A stretch of DNA of 41,838 nucleotides from an uncultured Syntrophomonadaceae bacterium (GCA_964345455.1 CAYFRE010000005.1:1330-43167), one strand, 5' to 3'. Positions 18,131 to 26,545 are shown, counted from the first letter of the stretch. Translations and numbers: made by a program. The notes: generated from the sequence alone by a model not told the origin.

Positions 18131-18994
18131 TCAGTCGATCCTGAATTTTTTTGAAAACCTGCCGGCCAAACCCTGTGTTGCCCGGTCAATGATAATGGCC
18201 AGAAAAACAATGCTGATCCCGGCGTTAAACCCGCGGGCTATATCGATCCGGTTAATCGCTATGTAGACCTCCAATCCCAAACCCCCTGCACCTACCATCG
18301 AGGCAATCACGACCATGGATAAAGCCATCATGGTGGTCTGATTGACACCGGCCATGATATTGGGAAGTGCTTGCGGAAGTTTAATTTTTAGCATCAATTG
18401 TAATTGTGAAGGGCCAAAGGACTCCGCCGCTTCAACCATCTCCTTGGATACTCTGCGTATACCCAGATTGGTTAACCTGATCGCCGGGGGAACTGCAAAC
18501 AGGATTGTAGCAAAAGTAGCAGGAACCGACCCCAACCCGAAAAACATGATCGCGGGAATCAAATATACATACGCAGGCAGTGTTTGCATTGCATCCAAAA
18601 TTGGGGTGAGGGCGCTGTCAAATCCATCATATTGAGCCGCCAGTATCCCTAGAGGAACCCCGATCATGATTGATATCAAAACCGATGCCAGGATTATCGC
18701 CAAAGTCGCCATCATATGGGTCCATAAACCCAGTGTGCCAATCAAAAAGATCAGGAAAGTAAAGAGCAGCGCACTGGACCAGCCCCGGACCTTCATCAAT
18801 ATTAAGAAAACAGTGATTAATACGAGCCACCACGGCAACCAGTTAAGTCCCGTTTCTAACTTGAGTAATAACCATAGAATGCTGTCTGACATTGCCGTAA
18901 AGAATCCTGCACAACTAACATTAAGCCACCTGATCGCATATTCTACATATTCTCCCAGATCAAAATATAGAAATTCGGGAAAATTTTTCATCAT
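18131..18994 (-). CDS. glycine betaine-type ABC transporter permease (OpuAB/ProW-like)
   Basis: 287 aa polytopic protein with a BPD-transporter EAA-like loop (EAAESFGPSQLQLMLKIKLPQALP). Confidence 0.8.
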   Translation of the reverse strand: MMKNFPEFLYFDLGEYVEYAIRWLNVSCAGFFTAMSDSILWLLLKLETGLNWLPWWLVLITVFLILMKVRGWSSALLFTFLIFLIGTLGLWTHMMATLAIILASVLISIMIGVPLGILAAQYDGFDSALTPILDAMQTLPAYVYLIPAIMFFGLGSVPATFATILFAVPPAIRLTNLGIRRVSKEMVEAAESFGPSQLQLMLKIKLPQALPNIMAGVNQTTMMALSMVVIASMVGAGGLGLEVYIAINRIDIARGFNAGISIVFLAIIIDRATQGLAGRFSKKFRID

Positions 18995-19144
18995 GCGTGC
19001 AGCATATTTGACACAGCTGCTTCCCCCCTTGGCATGTGCTCAGTTATAGTGATGCCCGGTAGAAACTCTCAAGATCTACAGATAAACGTTTCTCAGATTT
19101 CTATGCACTGACTGACATTTCGGGGATGCCCTGGTCTTCTCTAT

Positions 19145-19179
19145 CGATTGGCGTGGGAGAACCATCCCCACGCCAATCG
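19145..19179. repeat. perfect 13-bp inverted repeat (stem-loop) in the 298-nt gap between the binding-protein and permease genes
   Basis: CGATTGGCGTGGG (19145-19157) and CCCACGCCAATCG (19167-19179) are separated by a 9-nt loop. Confidence 0.6.
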
Positions 19180-19292
19180 AAAAAATGGTTCCAACACTAC
19201 CCTTGCCTCTATCTTGCTGTTATTTTTCCAGGAGCAGCTTTAGGGAACAAACCGGTTAAAATGTCAGCATGTTGGCCGGGTGTATTCTACTA

Positions 19293-20303
19293 CTACAGCG
19301 CTTCTTTGACCTTATCAGCGATCTCTGCGGGAAGCCATTCCGCCCAGAGATCCGGATATTCTTTCAAAAAGTGCAAAGCTGCTTCATCAGCTTCCGCATC
19401 GTTTGTCTCCATGTACGCCAACATCTCATTATGAACATCCACGCTGATGACCAGCTTCTCCAGGAACTCCACAATCTCCGGACCCCACTCGGGCATATCT
19501 TTCACTACAGCTTTGGTGACATCCTGAGGCTTCCGTTTGCAACCATAGCCGTCCTCCCATAGTTCCGGATCATATGGGGGCTCATCAAGCAAAGTCCAGT
19601 CACCCAACCCGAGCACCCAGTCCGGCGCCCAGTGATAGGCCACGATGGGCTCTCCTTTATCATAGGCATCGACCATAGCGGTAGCGAGAGCCATATCGGA
19701 GCCTGGCAGGAAGTGATTGTACCACTCATCGAGCCCGTAAGTTTTGATCTGATCATCCATCAATTCAGCTACAAACCATGTCGGCGGAGGACCAACAATC
19801 CGCCCTTTGGATGGATCCTCGGGATCTTTGAACAGCTCCCAGTAGTCGGGCAGATCCAGAGCCGACTTCAAATCGGGCGCCATCGGTTCGATACCCCTCT
19901 CAGGATCACCCTCGATTACATAGGTGGGCACGAAGAGCCCTTCCTGGTCGGAGACGAAGTTCACGCCGAGATCTAAAATGTCGCCTGACTCAACCAGGTC
20001 GGAGTAGGCCTCGCCGTAATTTTCCGTCCATGCTTCAGTCAGAATATGAACGTCCCCCTGAACCATTCCTTCCAACAACACGGGGGTTGCACCCAAAAGA
20101 ACCTCGTACGTGTAACCGTAACCCTCTTGCAGGATTATTCCGGCGACATGAGCATTGAAGTGCATGCTCTCCCAACCGCAGTTACCCAGCACAAGGTGTT
20201 TTTTCTCTGTTTCTTCCTCTGCAGGTGCACATGCCATTAACGAGGTGAGTAAGACAATAGCAAGCAGAAAAACTGATGCCCTTATCAAAACGGACCTTTT
20301 CAC
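19293..20303 (-). CDS. glycine betaine-type ABC transporter substrate-binding lipoprotein (OpuAC/ProX-like)
   Basis: 336 aa with a signal peptide and lipobox (LLTSLMAC). It is Trp/aromatic-rich, as in quaternary-amine binding proteins. It starts at GTG with a GGAGG RBS and ends in three consecutive TAG codons. Confidence 0.75.
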   Translation of the reverse strand: MKRSVLIRASVFLLAIVLLTSLMACAPAEEETEKKHLVLGNCGWESMHFNAHVAGIILQEGYGYTYEVLLGATPVLLEGMVQGDVHILTEAWTENYGEAYSDLVESGDILDLGVNFVSDQEGLFVPTYVIEGDPERGIEPMAPDLKSALDLPDYWELFKDPEDPSKGRIVGPPPTWFVAELMDDQIKTYGLDEWYNHFLPGSDMALATAMVDAYDKGEPIVAYHWAPDWVLGLGDWTLLDEPPYDPELWEDGYGCKRKPQDVTKAVVKDMPEWGPEIVEFLEKLVISVDVHNEMLAYMETNDAEADEAALHFLKEYPDLWAEWLPAEIADKVKEAL

Positions 20304-20503
20304 AAAGTGACCTCCTTTTTAAGTTTGATTGTCAGTGAAACACTGTAATTTACCGATCATCTATCCCGATAAAGCCACCTCCCTCATCCAACATCTTGCG
20401 CTACATATCAGCCGGTATCGCTTCTACTCAATAATTGACATGATGCAATATTTGTTTATACTATCCAAACAGCCTCATCCCTGGAGTTGCCCGGTGATAC
20501 CGG

Positions 20504-21163
20504 CTACCTGACCAACTCGAGTAATCCCAGAACCTTGTCTACGGCTTCAGCCGCATCTTCGGCATAGGCGTCTGCGCCAATTTTATTGGCAAACCCTTGC
20601 GTGACCGGGGCCCCCCCGACAATGGTCTTGAATCGTTCTCTTAAACCCCTTTTCCGCAGTTCATTCTCCAGCTTTTTTTGACCATTTAAGGTTGCTGTTA
20701 ATAGAGCGCTGGTGCCGATAATATCAGCTTCATGCCTCAGGGCGCCTTCAATAATGTCTCCGGTGCTCACATCCCTGCCGAGATCAATGACCTCAATGCC
20801 CTGGGTTTTTATTACAGATATGACGATGCCTTTCCCGATATCGTGGACATCTCCTTCCACTGTGGCAATTACCATGGTCCCCTTTTTAATAACTCCTCCG
20901 GAACCGTCCTTGACAATGGCTTCGTTTAAAACCGACGTGGCTTTCTCCATGATCTGTGCCGCCTCGATGAGTTCGGGCAAAAACTTTTCACCCCGCTCAA
21001 ACAAGTTACCCACTTCCCGGATACCCTTGCTAAAACCCTCATTCAGCACCATCATCAGATCCTCTTTTTCTGCAACAGCGCGCCGCGCAATTTCTACAGC
21101 TTTTTCTTCATCACCATCCACGATCGATTGGATGGCCCAATTTAAAATATCCTTCTGGCTCAT
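20504..21163 (-). CDS. methylamine-specific corrinoid (cobalamin-binding) protein, MtbC/MttC-like
   Basis: 219 aa. An N-terminal B12-binding-2 helical cap precedes a Rossmann B12 domain carrying DVHDIGKGIV (the DxHxxG motif). The gene lies 23 nt downstream of mtbB and ends in TAG. Confidence 0.85.
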   Translation of the reverse strand: MSQKDILNWAIQSIVDGDEEKAVEIARRAVAEKEDLMMVLNEGFSKGIREVGNLFERGEKFLPELIEAAQIMEKATSVLNEAIVKDGSGGVIKKGTMVIATVEGDVHDIGKGIVISVIKTQGIEVIDLGRDVSTGDIIEGALRHEADIIGTSALLTATLNGQKKLENELRKRGLRERFKTIVGGAPVTQGFANKIGADAYAEDAAEAVDKVLGLLELVR

Positions 21164-21186
21164 TTCCTGCCCTCCATTGCCATTTG

Positions 21187-22581
21187 TTAAAATGATAGCC
21201 CTGCTTTCTCTTTAAATCGCTCTACAGAATTAATCTCTATACCCAATAATTCTGCGATGCGAATCTTGGCCTCAATCCCTATCGCCCCCCCGGGGCGGGC
21301 TAAAACATGGCCAATGTTCAGCTCTTCTCTCAACTCGCGCATGATTTGAGAGTCACTGAGCTCGATAACAGATATCCCCAGTTTATCCGCTACGTATTTT
21401 TTGGCTTCGCCAACCCTGAGAGCTTTGGATGCCATGACCCGCGCTACCAGATCTCCGGCAGTGCGAATGCCACCCATCCCTGTTGCCAGCTCATGGAGAA
21501 AGGCCATGCCAAATGTATCACCGTGACCTATCTACAACCCGTCTGCTTTTCCGATTTCAATTAAAGCCACCGATGCCCTTGATATGGCATCAACAGGAGC
21601 AGTGCTGGTGACAGGCACTCCGCCGACGCCCATGCCGGCATTGGGATGAATGGGTATTGTGGCTATTTCGGAGCAAGCCTTGATAAATGTGCAGGCGCGA
21701 GAAATATTCCAGGGAACAGTTTTATTGCTTTTGGTGTTGACCACAGGCCCGAAGAGGTCTACCCCTGCTTTTTCGGCAAGCTTTACCTGTAAATGTGGAT
21801 AAAGCCCCGCCAGGCGAGTCTCTTCATATTTCAGATCGCCATGCATCCCCAGCACAAACTCCCCGGCCATCCCCATTTCCACCTGTATACAGGGGTGATC
21901 TTTTTTTAACTTTTCTACAGCTTTCAATGCGGCCAAGAAATCCGCGTCGCCCGAAGCTCCTACGGTATCAAAATTAATGCCGTCAGATCCCGCTTCGTGC
22001 ATAATGCCGGAAACAAAACAGATATCTTTTACGGCAATCTCTACCGCTTCTTCCTGGGCCTCCCTGGACTCTTGAATTTTGCCCATGGGCAATAGCTCCG
22101 ACCAGTTGTCAACAGGGCCATCAGGCTTGGTATAAAGGCCTAAATTGGGCATGGCCCCGTAGAAGACAGGAATGGTCGCATTTAACTGAATTTGTTCCAT
22201 AACCTGCCGTTCTTCATGAACGATGGATTTTACCGGTTTGAAGCTATAGTCCACATGCCCCAGTTCAATAGTGTCAGAGCAAAATGCTCTTTCATGGGCT
22301 AAAACCGTTCCGAGACGATCCACCGGCACCCCACCCCGCAGTGGGAATTTAAGGGTTCCTGCATCAAAACTATGCACCACTTCATCGCCTTGTTTTACAC
22401 TGACAACCTTTTGGGGTGAAGCACATATTTCAAAAAGGCGCTGAAGTTCATCCTCATCAAGAGGAGGAACCTTTCCCCGGTCTGCTGCATCCAGGGTTCC
22501 ATCTTCCAGTTCCTGCCTCAGCTCTTTTTCAGTTAGCCAAAGGGTAGTTCCATCCCCCATCCTGGTTAAAATTCTTTGCAT
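21187..22581 (-). CDS. mtbB: dimethylamine:corrinoid methyltransferase MtbB with one in-frame UAG (pyrrolysine) codon
   Basis: Track ORFs 21532..22581 and 21187..21507 are one gene. The minus strand reads ...GKADGL-TAG-IGHGDTFGMAFLHE..., colinear with archaeal MtbB (..GVDGI-O-IGVGDPLGM..., ...AAGDLVAR...EAK.YVA.KL). The total is 464 codons. Confidence 0.9.
21532..21534 (-). other. in-frame UAG (predicted pyrrolysine codon) of mtbB
   Basis: Plus-strand cta is minus-strand TAG. Homology to MtbB continues in the same frame on both sides. Confidence 0.85.
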
Positions 22582-22633
22582 CCTGCAACCTCCTTCTGCG
22601 ATAATAAACCCTAACCTTTCCTAATGTTTATGC

Positions 22634-22648
22634 GCAATATACGTGCCA
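22634..22648 (-). promoter_or_regulatory. sigma-54 (-24/-12) promoter upstream of mtbB
   Basis: The minus strand reads TGGCACGTATATTGC with GG-N10-GC spacing. It lies ~53 nt upstream of the ATG at 22581. Confidence 0.75.
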
Positions 22649-22882
22649 TCTAAGGATAGGTTAGGGTAATATACGCCATTAACGAACGAGCCTGGCAACC
22701 CTCAAAAGCCTGTCACCGTTATTGTAATGTTTCTTGTCTCAATCTAAATTGCAACCATTTTTGTAGACCATCTTCTATCTAGAGGCAGCTCTTTGTCCCA
22801 TCATTTAATGAATCTTTTCATTATTTCTAATGCATAATTTCATTACATTGCCTCCCAGGTAAGAGGGTGCATTTTAAGGTAT

Positions 22883-24358
22883 TTACTTATTTAACCCATA
22901 TTCATCCTCGCTTTCTTCCACAATTTCCTGTATTTTCTTTATCGTGCCATCCGGCAACGGTTCGGGTTTATGTTTATTCAAGATCAAATTTGCCTTTTCA
23001 TAAGCCCGTTCTGTCATTGATGTACCTCCGTCCTCTAACCATGAAGCACGGTTTCGCCGGTCGATAAGCTCGCTTTGCGATTGCACTTTCCGGAAGTTTT
23101 CAAAGGTATGATGATGCCCGACAAAATGCCCTCCGGGCCCGACCTCATGGATAACATCCAGAGCCATATGTTCATCAGTTACTGAAATGCCCATGATCGC
23201 CTTTTTAATCATCTTGAACATCTCATTGTCCATTACCAACTGAGCATAATCAAAAGTAACGCCGAGCTCAAGCATCCCCGCCCCATAAATCAAGTTAGCG
23301 CCACCCTGGGCTGCCAACAAGGCTGTTATGGTCTTTTCGTGGGCCGCCTGCGCATCGGGAATTTTACTGTCAGCCTACCCGCCGGCAACAAAGCTGGGAA
23401 GGAGATAATAACGGGCTAATTTGGCGACACCTGCAGAGATCAGGCCCAGCTCCGGAGCTCCTACCGGAGTGGTGGAATAGCGCAAATCCATGATCGTGGT
23501 AGAGCTGCCGTACAATACCGGAGCGCCCTTGCAGGCCAACTGACTTAAAACAACCGCACTTAAAACCTCGGCATTGTGGATCACCAGCGTTCCGGCCAAT
23601 GTAACCGGAGTCGTTGCCCCTGCCAGAGCCATGGATATAATGTTACTGGGAACTCCGGCCCGGGCCGCTTCAATAATAATGTCAGTACAATCCGGAATGA
23701 GATGCAACGGGCTAGTCGGACAGACGTTAAAACTGATTATCGGCCGCCTTTTCAGGTTTTCCCGGCCTCCGCTCACTTCTTCCGCCATTTTAATGATCTT
23801 TCGACAGTTGTTGATACTATCTGCACCGATAAAGAAATGCTTACTGGTATTTTGGAATAAAGCTTCAGCGTTATGCAGGGATTGAACCTTGCTGTGATAA
23901 TCCAGTGATGTTACCGCACGATAGTTGATATCCAGTTCGTCCAAGTAGTCACTAAGTCTGGCCGCATCAGCTACATCTTTTTTTGTTGTTTTGCGATACT
24001 CAAGCGTGATGGGATCAATAATATTAATTCCTTCACCGAAGCATACAAAACCTACCCGGGAGCCCTCAACAACAAAATCTTTTTGGGGATTCCGCCCGGC
24101 CAGTGTAATAGTAGGTGGGGCGGAACGGATAGCATCTTCGATCATATACGCAGGTATTTTTACCAATCCCGTATTGTAGTCAACATCGGCCCCATAACCA
24201 TCAAAAAGATCCTGGGCTTCTTTGCTCTCGATCTTAATTCCCGTATTCCGCAAAATGTCCAATGTGGCAAAATGCAAGGTGTCCAGCTCATCCCCGGTAA
24301 ACATGTTTAACCCGAGACCGTCAAACCGGTAAACCGCTTGCAGGTTTCTTTTTGCCAT
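22883..24358 (-). CDS. mttB: trimethylamine:corrinoid methyltransferase MttB with one in-frame UAG (pyrrolysine) codon
   Basis: Track ORFs 23375..24364 and 22883..23320 are one gene. The minus strand reads ...[27 protein letters not shown]..., matching archaeal MttB (...[24 protein letters not shown]...). I prefer the start at ATG 24358, which has GGAGG 9 nt upstream. Confidence 0.9.
23375..23377 (-). other. in-frame UAG (predicted pyrrolysine codon) of mttB
   Basis: Plus-strand cta is minus-strand TAG, at the position homologous to Pyl334 of archaeal MttB. Confidence 0.88.
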
Positions 24359-24474
24359 GCACACTCACCTCCATTTAACCTGTATGAAGCAACCTTACCC
24401 TTTTCCCAAAGCCCCCCTTTACTCGTAGTTATATTCCGTCCGGTAAGCAGCTCCATCCTTGATTTCTTTTACAG

Positions 24475-24490
24475 TGCAAAATGCATGCCA
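24475..24490 (-). promoter_or_regulatory. sigma-54 (-24/-12) promoter upstream of mttB
   Basis: The minus strand reads TGGCATGCATTTTGCA with GG-N10-GC spacing. It lies ~115 nt upstream of the ATG at 24358. Confidence 0.75.
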
Positions 24491-24602
24491 TGGATTTATG
24501 AAGAAGACTGTTTCCAGAAAGGAGCCCTGGACAGGCCCGGTCATTTAAAACTTTTTATTATCTTTGGAAGTATTGCATTGCCGGTAATGTTTTTTTGCAT
24601 TG

Positions 24603-26333
24603 CTAATATCCGTTGTCTTCCCTGATTCGTTTTAAAATGCGTGCCACAGTGGATTGATCAATCTCAAGAGCTTCAGCAGCTTTATAGGTGGATCCATAGA
24701 CTTCATACGCTTTTCCGATAAGCTGGCACTCCAGCTCCCGTTTGGCACGCTTATAAGGAATTATCTCTGTGCAAAACACGCCTCCTTCATTCGGACGGGG
24801 CCCTTTCAAAATATTCCACATGCTGTCTTTTGTGCAAACATTAATGTCATTACTATAAATAACTACAGCTCTTTCGACCATATGTTCCAGCTCGCGAACG
24901 TTTCCCGGCCATTCATAATCTAAAAATTCTTTGATTACCTGTTCGTTAAAAGATATATTTTTATTATATTTACGGTTGTACAGCTCCAAAAAATATGTGA
25001 TCAGAGCAGGAATATCCTCACGCCGATTACGAAGTGGGGGTATGGTAATCGGAAACAAATTCAGACGATAAAACAGGTCCTTGCGGAACCTTCCTTCCTT
25101 TACCTCTACCTGCAGAACACGGTTGGTCGCCGCAATAATCCGCGTATTTACCTTAATTTTTTTTGTTCCACCGATCCGGAATAGCTCCTTATCCTGTAGA
25201 AACTCTAAAAGTTTCACTTGAATGTCATGAGATATATCTCCAATCTCATCAAGAAAAAGAGTGCCTTCATGAGCCAGTTCGATTTTACCCTTTCTCCCTT
25301 TACTATCTGCCCCGGTAAAAGCTCCTCCCTCATAGCCAAAAAGTTCTGACTCAATCAATTTGTCGGGAAGAGTAGCGCAATTAATTTTTACAAATGAAGA
25401 TTCTCGCCGCGGGCTCAATGCATGAATAGCTCTGGCCACGACCTCTTTCCCAACCCCCGTTTCACCCTGAAGAAGAACCGTTAAATTCAATGGGGCGATC
25501 TTTTGTACAGTATCCTTTATGTGTCTCATCTCCGGGCTTGTAGATATAAAGTTCACCTGGGTAAAAAGCTCCTCCTGCATATTGCTTAATTCAATGTTTT
25601 TACGTTTTAGTTCGTCTTCTTTGTTTTCCAGCTCTTTTTTTAAGTCAACAAGCTCCGTCATGTCTTTGGATGTGCAGAGAGTCAGAACAATATTCCCTTG
25701 CCCGTTTAGTATTGGCACTCCGGTGCACAGGCGCCACTTTCGACCTTCTTTTACTTGTTGCATAATATGTATTTTTTTCTTCTGCCGTAATACTTCAAGA
25801 GCACCGCTGATTGAAAAAACCTGTTGTTCTACAAGTTCTTCTACAAAACGCCCCTCCATTTCCGATGCTTTCATCCCCATGATTTGCTCTCCTTTGGGGT
25901 TAACAAGAAGGACCCGGCCCTTGTTGTCGGTAACAAATATTTCTTCTTCAAAACTCTCGATGATAGCTTTATAGACCATCAATTGCTTACTTATGCAGGC
26001 AGAGTCAACAACTTCTACCACGGACCCGTTTGAAGATAAAATCAAAACAATATCCGAAGAAAGGCAATCAATATCAAGCAGCGATTTATCCTCTGAAAGA
26101 CAGCAAAAATTTATTCCCCCGTTAATATCACCTATTGTTAAATCATTATCGCCTTTGTTAAATAATAGTGATCTAAATATCTCCAAAACAGGCAATACCT
26201 TAACGATCATGTTCTCCCGGTTTACGATAATGAATTTTATATTTTCTGACAGTTTCTTGAAACCAATCTCCCCTAAAGTGGTGGTGGCCGGTAATTCCAA
26301 AAAGCTTTTGCTTTTTTTATACTTCGTGTCCAT
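24603..26333 (-). CDS. sigma-54-dependent transcriptional activator (N-terminal sensory region + PAS + AAA+ + Fis-type HTH)
   Basis: 576 aa. Walker A (GETGVGKE), the GAFTGA loop (EGGAFTGA), Walker B (LFLDEIG) and a C-terminal HTH (STYKAAEALEIDQSTVARILKR) are present. A PAS-like segment spans about residues 120-230. The gene ends in TAG. Confidence 0.88.
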   Translation of the reverse strand: MDTKYKKSKSFLELPATTTLGEIGFKKLSENIKFIIVNRENMIVKVLPVLEIFRSLLFNKGDNDLTIGDINGGINFCCLSEDKSLLDIDCLSSDIVLILSSNGSVVEVVDSACISKQLMVYKAIIESFEEEIFVTDNKGRVLLVNPKGEQIMGMKASEMEGRFVEELVEQQVFSISGALEVLRQKKKIHIMQQVKEGRKWRLCTGVPILNGQGNIVLTLCTSKDMTELVDLKKELENKEDELKRKNIELSNMQEELFTQVNFISTSPEMRHIKDTVQKIAPLNLTVLLQGETGVGKEVVARAIHALSPRRESSFVKINCATLPDKLIESELFGYEGGAFTGADSKGRKGKIELAHEGTLFLDEIGDISHDIQVKLLEFLQDKELFRIGGTKKIKVNTRIIAATNRVLQVEVKEGRFRKDLFYRLNLFPITIPPLRNRREDIPALITYFLELYNRKYNKNISFNEQVIKEFLDYEWPGNVRELEHMVERAVVIYSNDINVCTKDSMWNILKGPRPNEGGVFCTEIIPYKRAKRELECQLIGKAYEVYGSTYKAAEALEIDQSTVARILKRIREDNGY

Positions 26334-26545
26334 AGCTTTCCCTCCACTCTTTTTGACATCTTGTCCAAATATTCTTCGTTGTTTAAAAGGTAAAACCCTT
26401 CATATCCGGCATATTTGTTTACATAAATAGAATACTCTAAATTCCGGCGGTGAAAAGCTTAGCAGGTGATCGGGGGGGGGGTGAATTTGAGGTAAGAATC
26501 CGGATACTTTAAAGCGGTACTCCCCAGCAAAGATCAGAGGTACGG

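Noticed and set aside
19145-19179. 13-bp stem-loop as a rho-independent terminator between the binding-protein and permease genes
   Set aside because: On the coding (minus) strand the T-run precedes the hairpin rather than following it. On the plus strand an A-run follows it. It therefore does not have terminator geometry and is kept only as an unexplained structure.
20399-20414. Possible fourth minus-strand sigma-54 promoter (CGGCTGATATGTAGCG) upstream of the binding-protein gene
   Set aside because: It has GG-N10-GC spacing but poor flanks (CGGCTG / TAGCG versus TGGCAC / TTGCA). A similar weak site exists at ~19214-19228 (TGGAAAAATAACAGC). Neither is distinguishable from chance.
20435-20462. 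Near-consensus sigma-70 promoter on the plus strand (TTGACA-16 nt-TATACT) pointing antisense into the corrinoid gene
   Set aside because: It sits in an AT-rich intergenic region where such matches arise by chance, with no plus-strand gene downstream. An antisense RNA is possible, but nothing else I can see supports it.
21187-21507. 106-aa ORF (and 145-aa ORF 22883..23320) as independent small genes
   Set aside because: Both are the in-frame C-terminal parts of mtbB and mttB downstream of the Pyl UAG. Their apparent starts are internal Met/Leu codons, and homology continues upstream across the TAG.
21400-21531. PYLIS-like stem-loop downstream of the Pyl UAG codons
   Set aside because: I could not identify a convincing conserved hairpin by eye downstream of either UAG. 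A PYLIS is not known to be required for mttB/mtbB or in bacteria.
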